Shown: positions 26,060-40,201 of the stretch, one piece after another
Layout of the letters: every line of letters starts with the position of its first letter
Position numbering within the stretch: the stretch's first letter is position 1
NCBI RefSeq assembly: GCF_006345805.1
Contig: NC_043003.1
Location: 73,408,001-73,472,000, forward strand
Direction of reading: 5' to 3'
Length of the DNA: 64,000 nucleotides
DNA from: Octopus sinensis
Lineage: Eukaryota
Program-made: the position numbers and the translations under genes
The notes under the pieces: generated by a model
Told to the model about the DNA's origin: nothing
The model's database searches: none
Seen by the model: the letters and a program-made list of their open reading frames with translations, nothing else

Positions 26060-26245
26060 TCTGTTTTTACCACACTGTCGCTGATATACCACACTATATC
26101 CCTGAAACGTAGCGGTTCGGCAAATAGACCGATAGAATAAGTACTAGGCTTACAAAGAATAAGTCCTGGGGCCGACTTATTCGCCTAAAATTGGTTCTCT
26201 AGCATGACCGCAGTGAAAGTGAAACAAGTAAAATAATAAAAGAAT
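26060..26245 (+). mobile_element. SINE family 1, tail half
   Basis: GCGGTTCGGCAAATAGACCGATAGAATAAGTACTAGGCTTACAAAGAATAAGTCCTGGGG. Confidence 0.85.
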
Positions 26246-26481
26246 GTGTGTGTGTGTGTAAATATATGTGTGTGAGTATATATATATTTAATATATATTT
26301 AATCGATCAATGCCGAGAGAGAGGAAGAGAGAGAAAGAGAGGGAGAGAGATATGTTTGCATTGATCGATGAAATGGAGCCGCTTGAAACGCTTTAATGCA
26401 CAGATTCCTGGACATCTTTGTTATTTATTTGCCAACAGATTTGGTGTCCTATACAGGACAGTGCTACTGATGTTCACAACC

Positions 26482-26664
26482 CTAGGAAGACATTTCCTCT
26501 AGCTGGGTAACGCCACACATTCTGTGTCTGATTAGTATTTGCGAGTGGAGTTCATCGCTCCCATATCTAGCCTTACGTGATACACACGGACTCGAGTTTC
26601 TGGGTAATATATATATATCAGGTGTGGGCAAGATTGAGGGACGAGAATGAAAGTTTGCCCACAA
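26482..26664 (-). pseudogene. Candidate cadherin-repeat N-half relic
   Basis: NFHSRPSILPTPDIYILPRNSSPCVSRKARYGSDELHSQILIR resembles N..P.F...Y.V.EN...G....A.D.D...N..I.Y. Confidence 0.3.
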
Positions 26665-27591
26665 GGTACTCTTTCTTTATAATATAGACACCGAGTAGGC
26701 ACACAGTTTGTCTCACCGACACAGGATCAGCTTACGTACACTCACACAGACACAGACATACATCCATACACAACTATACACTACCACGTCCGCACACAAG
26801 CACACAAACATACACACATACACTCACATTTATGAAATCACAGTGCTCTTTATATGCGTGTATATGTACACATACAGATGAGTGCTATGTAACTTTTTTT
26901 AGGGAAAGACTGAGTATAGCACACCATAATAGAAAGAAAGTCAGAATGAATGAACGGAAGAAATAAAATAAGAAGAAAGAATTGAAGCAGGAAGGAAGCA
27001 CAGAAATAAGAAAAAGCGAAGATCGTTAGAAGATGTAACATATTCGTTTTTTAATGAAACTGACTGAAGGCCTGGAGCGATGCTCTGTAAAAAAATTCAA
27101 ATTAGCTGCTTAGTTCCCCTAATAACACATTAAAGTAATCGATCTTATTGATTTGCTCTCTCTACTGAATTATTCTTTTTTTTTCACTCTCTTAAACACA
27201 TCAAACAAATAGGTTTTTATATTCATTTTAAAAACATTTTGTTTTCTTTTTAAATACTTCGTTAATTTATTTTGATTCGTTTTTTTTTCATCAGTCTTTT
27301 CCTCGTTATATTCGTGTTTTCTTTCGTCTTTATTTCTTCTCTTGTTGATTTGGTTCATCCTTAACAAGAAAGGAATATTAGGCTGGGAGTAATATCAGCT
27401 GTAGTCCTGAACATTTTTCCTTTTCCCCCAATTAGACTGTCCAAAATAGGAAATAAGGAAAACGACGAGGAGAAAATAGAATGGTATAGAATGGTAAAAT
27501 ATAGAAGAGGAACGAGTCAACAAAATCGAAGATGAAAAATGTTACATTGCAAAAAATCTAGAGTTATAATTCTCCCAATATGTAAACAACG

Positions 27592-27643
<52 letters not shown>

Positions 27644-27687
27644 CTATACATATATACATATGTGTGTATGTGTGTGCGTGTGTCTGA

Positions 27688-27724
<37 letters not shown>

Positions 27725-28039
27725 AACATGCATATACATATACATATGTATAAATGGATAAGTGTGTGTTCAGAGTTAGTTCTTTTTCGGAATAAACAAC
27801 GAGTTAAACATCATCGCTAAAAATGCTTTTCTGTGATTATTCATCTATTTTTTAAAGGAAGAGTAAATTATATATGTCGCTAGCTTCATCTAACTCTGAT
27901 TAGCTGTTGGAACTGCTGACTTTTTCCCACTTGTGTGTGAGTCGTTACATACATATTTTATGAAGACAATATATATTATATAAGCATTTACGTACGTCTT
28001 CGTCTTTATTCTAACTCATATCAGCTTATGTAAGATGCG

Positions 28040-28258
28040 TCATATGAAACTAAACACGCAAAGAAATAATGAAATAAACCAGATACGTTTATAAACTCCG
28101 CAAATCTCCATAGAGAAATGACTGCATTGAACAACAGTTGGCAATGAATTTAGATCTACAGATAAAATGAGAGTAATCTCAGCAAAAGTCACTGATGCAT
28201 TCAAGCAAACCTGTGACACCCCCACAACGTTTCTAGTAAAGAGACTGCCGTTGGTTTT
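28040..28258 (-). pseudogene. Candidate cadherin-repeat relic
   Basis: 72 open codons: KTNGSLFTRNVVGVSQVCLNASVTFAEITLILSVDLNSLPTVVQCSHFSMEI, matching TG.I.T..L...Y.L.A...V.I.V.D.N..P.F.Q..Y...V.E. Confidence 0.4.
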
Positions 28259-30975
28259 TCAATAGTTTTCTTGAAGTGGTAAATTCTTCTTAAACACAAT
28301 GTCCTATTTATAACGAAGGAAGTAGAGAGCAGACGCTAAATATTACAAGCCTGAGTTTCTGACTTTATATATGAGTAAAATCATAGAACAAATTATGCTC
28401 CTAATACGAAGCGAATTTTTGAACAATGACACAGTAAGATTTTAAGATGAAATAAAGTTGCATCACACGGCTTTTAGAGAACATTAATACTGAACGGGCT
28501 GCAAAACACATAAAAAGTTCGGCTGTTATAATTCGACGGTGTATAACATAAAACACACGAACAATCATATAAGGTTTTAAAAAGTACAGGTCAAGTTGTT
28601 GCAGCTAATTATATTTCAAAATATACAATAATTATGAGATGTAAACATATACGTCAGTATTTATCTATTAATGATTCAAATTATTCCCTCATATTTGGCA
28701 GATGGAGAAGGCTTAGCGCAAAGATGTTATTTCAAATATTTAACAATATGAAGGCAATCATGAAGAAGCAATTTGTCCACAGTCACCTACAAAATTGCTT
28801 CCAAATTATGTATACTGTTGAACTGTGTGTGGAGGTGAATGGAAACTAACACCCATAGACACATTCTGTCTTTTTATCTCTCTCACTTTCACACGCACAC
28901 ACACACACACACACATACACACTCACTCACATGCGCGCACACACACACATGTTATTGTGTTCGTACTTAAAAATAGCATTAGGACGTAAAGATGTGAATG
29001 CAGAAGAGAGACGTTATCAATACTTACAATTTCATCTTGAAACTTTAACTGCGAGAAATTTTGTCATTCGAAAAGTATTTCCATGCATGCTATAACACTA
29101 AATCTAATTTTGGCCCAGAACATTGGATTAATTAACATTACTTAAGGTAATAACTGTGTTATTTATTACAATCCATTTGAGGTTACCTATAATTTCTTAA
29201 TGTAAATCATATATTACTAATTCTTGCATTGAATACTAAAATATCATTTGCGCGTAAAAACTTAACAGAGCATAATCTAGCATAACACGCACAAACCGAA
29301 AAGAAAACAGCAAGAAACTAAAAGAAGGAAAAAGAAAAAAACATAATTATATAACAGGCGAATGCATGCTTTTGCTTTGGCTCATACTCGTTCAAAAAAT
29401 GACAATCGTAAACATGTTGTTAGTCAGAAACAGCTGACCAATATGAATGAAATGTAAAAATTTATTCCTCAATTTATGAAACTTAAACACAAAAACAATT
29501 TAAAAATATAGACCCGAGTGACTATGCTTCCATATATGCTCAATATTTAACTATTGCACTCTTATACACACGCGCGTCCATACATACGCGTGTGCACATA
29601 CGCACACACAAAATGCTATTGTAATATCTATTACAAAACTATATCTGATCTAAATATATATTTGACTTTCGGCAGTTAACTGAAGAAGACTGATAATTAA
29701 ATCCAAATTTATAACATACAAAGAGATAAACTTAAATGATAAAATTGGTAATGAGAAAAATATCGAACGAAACGCAAGCAAGAGAAATACATACACACGC
29801 ATTTAAAATAATATCCCATATGTATATGGAGAACATATGCCAAGGGAATGTAACTAGAACTACCAAATGAAATAAATGTATTTAAAATTTAGTAATCCGA
29901 GAAAATATCGACTAATAAATGTAGAATCTTGACTAAAAGAAACTGCAAAGGTATTTGGATATAATCATGTTTTCATTATGTCAGGCTGTGGATCCAGAAA
30001 CCTTCCACATTCGGATAAACTAAAAATGATAATTATCTAAATTTTGTTTGATTAAAATCCATAGATATCTCAATGAAGTAATTTAAAACATTCCCAGAGA
30101 TAAAACTTAATGACAAAATAGCAATAAAACTTAATGACAAAATAGCAATAAAAGAAATGAATCCGTTCAATCAAGGCAATGACATATCGGACAAAATATC
30201 GGAGTATTTCCATTAATCTAATGTATCAGAAAAGGTTGTCATTAAAGTAAGCAGGTACTTGAGAAAGACTGAAAATAAAAGATACCTCAAAATTGAATTA
30301 GATGAGTAATAAACATAACATTATTCCAGGAGTTCATTCTAGGGTAGTCATTCGATGTTGGGGGATAGAAACTTTGGCCCCTTCTATTAATCTATCTTCT
30401 GCTGGTAAAAACCGTAACCACCAAATACACACAAAAAAATTAACGACAACAGGATCCAACAGAAACGCAAAATACTCAAATGGAATAACGCAAAGTGTAC
30501 TTAAAAAACAATAGCTTCCTGCTAATTGGCAAGAGTAACTCTTAAGAAGGTCGCTTAAATAGTTCATATCTAACCTGAATTGATTTTCTAATGAAGAAAG
30601 TAAAACCAAATAGAGATTCATGCAAAAATGCCTGTATAAAAGAAGCTGAAGTTCTCTTAACTGTAGATGGATCATCACGAGCAATAATATAAAAAAAAGG
30701 CAACAAGTGAAGCATTTAAAAACACATGTAAAGAAAAACTAGCTCAACATGTAATACAAATGCAACTATAGACAAACAATTGAAAATCACGGAGAAACTG
30801 AATTGGTGCAAACCTCTCATTAACGTGAAAACAGGTACAAATATATTACTAGAAATATAAAGTTGGAGAGAACAACATTTATTAATATTCTGATCTTAAA
30901 GAAAAGCAAAATATAAACCTACTGAATCTGCATGCCTATCATACACAAAACTGTAGCATCAATATTATTTCAGTT

Positions 30976-31391
30976 GACGGTAGCGAACTAGCAGAATAGT
31001 TAGCACACCGGACAAAATGCTTACTAGCATTTCATCCGTCTTTAGGTTCTGAGTTCAAATTCCACCTAGGTCGACTTTGCCTTTTCTCAGTTCGCGGTCG
31101 ATAAAATGAGTACGGTGTAATCGACGTTCTCCATCCCCCGAAATTGCTGGCCTTGTGCCAAAATTTAAAACTAATATGATCGCACTTGAAGTTGAGGCAG
31201 CGATCTGATAGAACCGTTAACACGCCGAAGAAAATGCTTAGTAATATTTCATCCATCTTTACGTTCTGAGTTCAGTCTCTGCCGACATCCTTTCAGACTC
31301 GATAAAATGTCAGTTGAGCATTGGTATGGATTACTCGACTAAACTCCTCTATCCCAATTACCTGCCTTGTACCAATAGTAGAGCGGATTAT
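30976..31391 (+). mobile_element. Two tandem copies of tRNA-SINE family 2 (30976-31177, 31194-31391)
   Basis: Both start G(A/G)CGGTAGCGA/GGCAGCGA...GTTCTGAGTTCA and share GTCGATAAAAT and GCCTTGT(G/A)CCAA. Confidence 0.8.
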
Positions 31392-32966
31392 CATAGTTCG
31401 ATTTAAAAAAAGTTAAGCGTTCTAGAAGAATGTTTACTTTTGGTAACAACATCTGTAAAAGCAACAGTATAGTTCACACATATATGAAGATCAGATATTG
31501 ATGAATAAATCCTTAAAAACTGGCAAAGGAAAAATCAATGCATGATCTTGACATAAACTGATTTAACGAATGACATGCTTACATTATTACTAACAATAGA
31601 CAACAAATATAAAGAATTAAAATAGCAATGATCAAATTCAGGCGCTATGAACATATAGACAACAATTGTACAGAGAGAGACTAAAGATAGCTTTCGTAGC
31701 AAAATGAATCCTATTCATTTTGTGCCTCAAAACGAACATGATAAACTAGACTGTATACTTATAGAAGTGATAATTAGAACACATTATCCAAAATATCCAA
31801 CACTGAGGAGAAAAGTGTATCGTAAATATGAAAAAAGGTATGAGTGATGGGAATTTAAACATCTATTCACTGCAAGAAAATACAAATATTCAGTAAAAAG
31901 AAAACAACGATAAATATCCGCAGTATAAGACTATAAATAGTCGAAAGAAATTGTACTCTGAGCTATAACAGATATTATAAAGAAAAAAATCCCTAAAATA
32001 ATTAAATGTAGAAATATTGTATCTACTGCGTTGTATATTGACTTAAAATCCTAGATAAAATGGAGAAATTTAAAGTGGATAGTAAAATATTTCAGCAGAC
32101 GCTACCAGGCTTAAACTTCAAAATTAAGATTTCTTCGACTAAACAAAAATATTTTAAGGCCATGCTCCAGCATGGCCGCTATCATAAAACTGAGATAAGT
32201 AAAATCCTAAAAGACTATATTTTATGGATAACAAAGTCCCGGAAGGAAACGTATAGATAATTGCAGATTCTACTGAACCCAGCGATATACCAATAGTCAT
32301 TTCTGAACATTTTTGAACTGATAATATAAAATAATGAAACTAAATTTGCAAGACGTATAGTACGACACACAACTACTTTTTGAATTAACATTGATTGAAA
32401 TGCACTTGACATATTGCCATATTTGTGCAAAGTATATGTCGGATACCAGTACATCTGCGATTAAATCAACAGATTGATGAGAATAACATATCACGTTTAG
32501 AGAGATAAAAGTCATCAACTGTCACTGTAAATTAAAACCAGAATGACGAGGCATCACATGAAATGTGGAAAATAACAGTATGTAGCAAGCTCCTGTTACT
32601 GTTAATCCAATAATTTTCCTTTAATTTCATTTGATTTGTAACATTTATATCTCTCTGAAAATGTTAATAAATATGGATGCTGCAAAATAATATAGAGAAA
32701 TACACATAATAAGATATATAAAACTCTATAAGCTCTCCCCATATCACTCTCTCACTCTCTCTCTGTCTATCTTTATATTTATATATGAGCATACATATGT
32801 ATACGTGGATAAAGAAGTAAATATATTTGCACATATATGTTGTGCATAAGCACAACATATATTCTGATACACCTTCATAAAAGACATATGTACGTAAGTA
32901 CGTATATATTTGTATTTATACATATCAGTATATCTATATATCTCTCTGTCTCTGTCTGTCTGCCTG

Positions 32967-33043
<77 letters not shown>

Positions 33044-33116
33044 GTGTATATATATATATATTATATATATATATGTATATATATGTATATATATATATGT
33101 ATATATATATATGTAT

Positions 33117-33189
<73 letters not shown>

Positions 33190-33195
33190 CTATAT

Positions 33196-33253
<58 letters not shown>

Positions 33254-33596
33254 AGGTTTGGAGATGATGTACTGTTATTATATATTAGAAGAAGTGAGGT
33301 AATCAGAAGATCGGATGGTTTATATTTACAGATATTTATTTATATATTACATTTTTTACATATATATCATATCACTTAGATCATTAGCGCTTTCTCCCAT
33401 TCTAGTGGGGTTTTCAAATCAAAATAAGTTATTTTATTTTGATTATAAGTTGACTTATTTTGATTTGAAAACCCCACTAGAATGGGAGAAAGCGCTAATG
33501 ATCTAAGTGATATGATATATATGTAAAAAATGTAATATATAAATAAATATCTTTAAATATAAACCATCCGATCTTCTGATTACCTCATTTCTTCTA

Positions 33597-33665
<69 letters not shown>

Positions 33666-33990
33666 TTTATTTAGCTACATTTATCTTCTCATTTCCCTCT
33701 GCATTTCCTTATATTATACATACATTACGAATATATACTTTGGACATAACCCTTTGAAAGTAAAGGATCTTTTTTAACATTTCAGGTACTAGTCCTTCTT
33801 CAGAATTAAAATTCATAAAAATAGTAACGCGAGATTGCGCAAGATAGAAAGTGGGCCTGATGGGGAAAAGTTACTTCACTGAGGGGAGTTAAGAAATGTA
33901 GGAAGGGTTGGAACAGGCGCGGTGGTGAGTCTGAGGTAAAAGAGGAGGTGAGAGTAATGTGGTGGTGATATATAAATATATATATATATA

Positions 33991-34691
33991 ATCAATAATA
34001 AAAGGGTAAAATTAATTAATTATTAATTAATTTTACCAAGTAGTGTTCAGTATGTAAAAAGTTCGGTGTGTGGTAAAGTAAATTCTAAAAGTTCGGTTTG
34101 TGGTAAAGTAAATTATTTTACTGAACCCTAATTATATAACGTAATGTTTTAAATATACCGTAAATGGTCTTTTTACATACTGAACACTACTTGGTAAAAT
34201 TAATTAATAATTATTAATATTGATAATATAATTCTCTCTCCCTGATATTAAACTACAGTTCTCTCTGTAGGAATGTGTTGCTCTATAACTCACGTGGGTA
34301 GAAGGGGAAGAATGCAAAGCCTCATTTGTACTTTTTGAATTCGTTAGTACTAGCGGTCGAAGATGGTTAGTCTGGGATTACTCATATCAGACGGGTATGT
34401 TCGATTTTTAGTGCTCTCAAATCCAAATCAAAAGAAATCTTTGAGCTGACGAAGGAAAAGTTGATCTTTATATACAACTAATCTAGAAACGGCCGTTCTC
34501 AAGTAATCTTATGTACGTGTGATCTTTCGTTATTTTTCCCTCGATACCTGTGTGAATTATTTTTGAGTATGCATTGTTTGGGAGATTTTTCTTATAGTAG
34601 AAGAAATAGCTAAGATTTTTTGGCTGCTATTTCTAAAAGTTCGGTGTGTGGTAAAGTAAATTATTTTACTGAACCCTAATTATATAACGTA

Positions 34692-34693
<2 letters not shown>
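33991..34693 (+). mobile_element. Non-autonomous Penelope pLTR-like or retrozyme-like element in (TA)n
   Basis: 63-bp direct repeats (34083-34145, 34631-34693; 1 mismatch; period 548 bp), a perfect 45-bp inverted segment (34017-34061 vs 34169-34213), an internal hammerhead, and TA repeats on both sides. Confidence 0.65.
34441..34502 (+). ncRNA. Type I hammerhead ribozyme motif (variant stem II)
   Basis: TTGAG-CTGACGA-[AGG..AGTTG/CAACT..TCT]-A-GAAA-CGGCCG-TT-CTCAA. Stem I is TTGAG/CTCAA, the core is intact, stem III is palindromic (ACGGCCGT) and the site is GUU. Confidence 0.6.
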
Positions 34694-34758
<65 letters not shown>

Positions 34759-35139
34759 ACATAAGCGCGTGAAAAAACACACATAAACATATATGTATAC
34801 ACGTTGATACACAAAAATACTGTGGTGAGTAAGATTTGTGTGTACATCTATATTAGTGTATGGTGGATATATTTTAAATACTAAAAATTTCAACCGTTCG
34901 ACGCCATACCTACACACTGTTCCAGCATAGAAAGGAAGTTTCCAAGTTAAGTTACGTACATCAAATACTCCCCCACAGTGAAGCTTGCTCTTCTTATATG
35001 AAGTTACCTCAAGCAGATTTCCAAAGAAAAAATTCACCGGAACATAAATTTGCTTCCCTCTGCATTCTTGCGTACAAAACTTATGAACTAAATGTACGTT
35101 AAATACAAATTAAAAAAATATCCTCTCTCTTCCCTGCTG

Positions 35140-35640
35140 AAGAAAACCCACTACACATTACACAGAACTGATATATTAGGTCTGGAGATTTCCGGCTCGT
35201 GTTGAATTCTGTAATGACATTGATATAATTGAACCTTCAAATCCTGCAGTAAATCGTTACTTGACAATTGCTCTCATAGCAACGGAGCATTACTGGTGTA
35301 TTTCCCCTTCTTTGTCTTTGTTTCCAGGTAACAGATTTAATAAGCAACCATCTGCACTGTAATTAGCAAATACTGCTAACGTGTTCAGTCTAAGCGTGAA
35401 GCAGATAACTGAATTAATGCTTACATCAATTGCTAGTAATCTTTTCGGATTTGATAATGTCTGGGATACGGAGCCTGTTCTACAGTACTATTGATCTGTG
35501 AGGTCCATCCTTAATGCTAATAAGAAAGGAAACCTTGACATTTAGAGTTTCAACGATAAACACATTTCCCATGCTGATGACAGCCAGGCACACTGTTACT
35601 TTGTCAAATGAAGCAAAAATGTAGGAGTATCTCAGAACGA
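35140..35640 (-). pseudogene. Candidate decayed cadherin-repeat stretch (2-3 partial repeats, frameshifted)
   Basis: ISMGNVFIVETLNVKVSFLISIKDGPHRSIVL*, then RLLAIDVSINSVICFTLRLNTLAVFANYSADG, then *RFTAGFEGSIISMSL. Confidence 0.35.
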
Positions 35641-36034
35641 GCTCCTATATTTCAAGCCCTTAGAAACAACAACGTAGAATGTTTCCCTCACCACTGAGTA
35701 ACCGGATAAAACTTAAACGACCGATGGTCTACAAATCTTGCATTTTTGAATATGTACATCACTTCTGAAAACTTACGTTACCTAGGCAACAGGCTCTTTT
35801 TTATTTATAGAAGTATTAGTAGAGGTATAAGGTACGATACGTATATATATGATTAAGATGTTCAGGACATTGCTATGGTAAACATGTATCCTATTATATC
35901 GTAAAATAGAATATTTTATATATACACTCCAGTATCCACACAAAGAATCATACATATACATATTTATGTATACATATATGTGTGTAAGTGTCTGTTCGTA
36001 ACACAAGGACGGTAACTCAACTACGTCAGCAGTT

Positions 36035-36072
<38 letters not shown>

Positions 36073-36076
<4 letters not shown>

Positions 36077-36232
36077 GAAGGACTTCTTTCAGTTTCCGTC
36101 TACCAAATCCACTCACAAGGCGGCTCGAGGTTATAGTAGAAGACACTTGCCGAAGATGCCACGCAGTGAAACCGAACCCGGAACCATGTGGTCGGAACGC
36201 AAGCGTCTTAGCACGCAGCCACTCCCCACCGC
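36073..36232 (-). mobile_element. SINE family 1, head/body
   Basis: CTTTCAGTTTCCGTCTACCAAATCCACTCACAAGG...GCAGCCACTCC. Confidence 0.85.
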
Positions 36233-36328
36233 TCTCTCCCTCTCCCCCTCTCTCTCTCTATATATATAGGTATATATCTATGTATATATATATATATGTG
36301 TGTGTGAGTGTGATCATATACATATACA

Positions 36329-36364
<36 letters not shown>

Positions 36365-36365
36365 T

Positions 36366-36666
36366 AACGGGAAGCTTTATGAAAATAGACAAAAGACGAA
36401 GGCAGGTGGAAAACAAACGAACAATTGTATTAGTATGGCGCTCAGGAAATATAAATAAAACAAGTCTTTAACGTTTCGAGCCTACGCTTTCAACAGAGAG
36501 ATACACGGAGAGAAAAAAAAACACAGAAAGAAGGAGAGAAAAAAAATGCGTGCAGTAGCTAACGAATCAACATGGCGATCTGATTTGGCCAGAGGTCAAA
36601 GATCAAACATGAGACGCGAGAGCGAAATAAGGGGAGATAATAGGGTTATAATATGGTTGAAGGACC
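36366..36666 (-). mobile_element. Short pLTR-like element with a decayed hammerhead, in (TA)n; same family as 50672-50841
   Basis: Aligns with 50672-50841. The core reads CTGTTGA..AAGCGTAGGCTC.GAAACGT on the minus strand (A6 mutated). Confidence 0.7.
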
Positions 36667-36685
36667 TATATATATATATATATAG

Positions 36686-36718
<33 letters not shown>

Positions 36719-36848
36719 TATGCACTCATGTATTATACACATTTATTATACATTGATACGTGTAGAGATGGGGAGAGGAGAAACACGAGCAGAATAGTGA
36801 ATATCGCGAGAAAAAGTCATAACACACTTACCAATAATATATATACAT

Positions 36849-36882
<34 letters not shown>

Positions 36883-37022
36883 CATATATATATGTTACAA
36901 TATACAACACACATATATCTCCCTCACTCGCTCTCTGTCCCTACTCTCTCTCGCTCACTCTCCCCCTATCGCCATATATAGACACATATATTTATATATA
37001 CTTACATATTATAATCATATAT

Positions 37023-37053
<31 letters not shown>

Positions 37054-37096
37054 ATATATACATATATATATCATATATATAGACACACACACATAT

Positions 37097-37129
<33 letters not shown>

Positions 37130-37551
37130 AATATATATACGTATATAAATATAAATGTATACACACACAGATATAGATAAATATATGTATACGTGCATTC
37201 TTCTTTATGTGAATGCTAATTGTCAGTAGTACAGGGTCGCAGTCTAAGGCTTCTGCTACATACAGTACCGAAGGCATTTGTTCTTTGAAGAAACTTTCGA
37301 TAACTTGTAACAGCATGATCAAATTCAAAAATGGTTTCGTGTTTCCACATTACGCACAGGCACAAGCAGACACACAAACACGCACAATAGCAATAAAATA
37401 TATATATAGGTATACATACATACATGCATACATACATACATACATACATACATACATACCTACATACACATACATACATACATACATATTATATACGTAT
37501 ATATTGGTCCAGGCCATGTCTTTATATATATATATGTATATATATATATAC

Positions 37552-37582
<31 letters not shown>

Positions 37583-37720
37583 AAGATATGGCCTGGACCA
37601 ATCTTTGGTCGAAACATATCTAAGTTTATCTAAGTGTATATATACATATATATATATAAACATAAATATACTAATGTATATGTATGTGTGAGTGAGTAAG
37701 AGAGAATATATCATATTCCT

Positions 37721-38130
37721 TTATTCTTTTATTCTTTTGCTTCAGTCATTTGACTGCGAACAAACCGACCCCAAGATTTATTCTTTGTAAGCCTAGTTCT
37801 TATTTTATCAGTTCATTTTGGTGGACAGCTAAGTTATGGGGACGTAAACACACCAAGCGATGGTGGGGGCGGGCAAAGACAGACACTCAAATACATATGT
37901 GTATATAAATACACACAAACTCACAGACACAGACACACCCACACACCCACCCACACATATATATATATACACTGAGGGATTCTTTCAGTTTCCGTCCACC
38001 ATATCCGCTCACAAGGCTTTGGTCGGCCCAATAATATAGTAGAAGGTACTTGTCCAAGATACCATGTAGTGGTTCTGAACCCCATGTGGTTGAGAAGGAA
38101 TCTTCTTATCATACAGCCACTCCTGCGGCT
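37721..38130 (-). mobile_element. SINE family 1, near-full copy
   Basis: Alignable to the other copies, with internal deletions. Confidence 0.85.
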
Positions 38131-38235
38131 TAAAAAAATATAGAACAGTTCACGAATTTGCGTGTCATCATTACGAAGTGGCGAGGCATAATATTCTCAG
38201 TATCATTCCAATTTTATTATATGTATTGCCGAAGC

Positions 38236-38286
<51 letters not shown>

Positions 38287-38684
38287 TATATGTGTGTGTG
38301 TGTGTGTGTGTGTTTTTATGTATGGATGTATAGTTTTATCATACGTACATACATACATACATACATATATACATACATAAAAGTCATTGACAGTCCAGAA
38401 AAAGAGTACTCAGTAAAATCACATTGTGTAAATGTATTTACAGCAGCAGTGGCTTATTACCTAGAAGATCCCACGACGTCACTGCTATTTCCTCAGAATT
38501 GTCAAACTGAGTAATCCATCACGTAACATAGAAACAATGACAATGTGTGCATTGTTAATAGAAACACTAAAAGGCAAATTGACAGTATGAATATTCATAA
38601 AGTAAAAGTCTTTCATAAAAGTAGACAAAATAGCGGTACTAATAATAGTGCCTTCTACTATAGACATAAGACCTGGACTGTAGG

Positions 38685-38815
38685 AGAAGTGGACTAGTCT
38701 ATTTCATCGACCCCAGTGCGCAAATGGTACTATTTAATTGACACCAAGCTGATCTCGGCGGAAGTTGAGCTCAACCGAAAGAAATGCTGTCCGCATTGCA
38801 ACGATTCTGCCAAAT
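38685..38815 (-). mobile_element. SINE family 2 fragment
   Basis: CATCGACCCCAGTGCGCAAATGGTACTATTTAATTGAC...ACGATTCTGCCA is the reverse complement of the family 2 body and head. Confidence 0.6.
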
Positions 38816-39274
38816 GTAAGCTATGACAGCCGTGTGTCGTCTTTCACTTTACTGTATATAAAATATTTATAAGGAATTTCTATCGCTTCAAATTTGAAAC
38901 TTAACTGCATGTATACCAATAAACCTCAATACGAACTAAAAAATGAATATCAATGCCATATCTTTGAATAATTACAATAAACATATATAAGCATGTATAT
39001 CAAAAAATGCGAGGAATAGTTTGACGGGGAAAACTTATTCCCAGAAGAAGTTGACGAGAATCTAGAAGTAGAAGTAATGAAAAAATATTATGTGATATGA
39101 ATAAAGAGTCAGGCATAACCTACAAATGAGTAACTCTTGGTAACTTGTTCTATGCCTTCACTAATTGTTTTTTGCTAATCTATGTAGTCACAAATGACAC
39201 TGATACCTTATAGGTTTCCCAAACTATTCAAGCAGTGGCAAATCATTTGCAGAAAACAGCTGATTTTTTAATTT

Positions 39275-40201
<927 letters not shown>

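Noticed and set aside
26302-26369. 12-bp inverted repeat ATCGATCAATGC around a GA-rich tract
   Set aside because: Short, single occurrence and no TSD, so it cannot be told apart from chance or a tiny fold-back.
29700-32100. A-rich region with LINE-like composition and a 24-bp tandem duplication (30100-30147)
   Set aside because: Probably a very old LINE, but I could not recover diagnostic motifs.
35300-35366. Strong plus-strand acceptor (TTTGTTTCCAG|G) followed by a short ORF, like a terminal exon
   Set aside because: No upstream plus-strand exons were found, and the pyrimidine tract is equally explained by minus-strand sequence.
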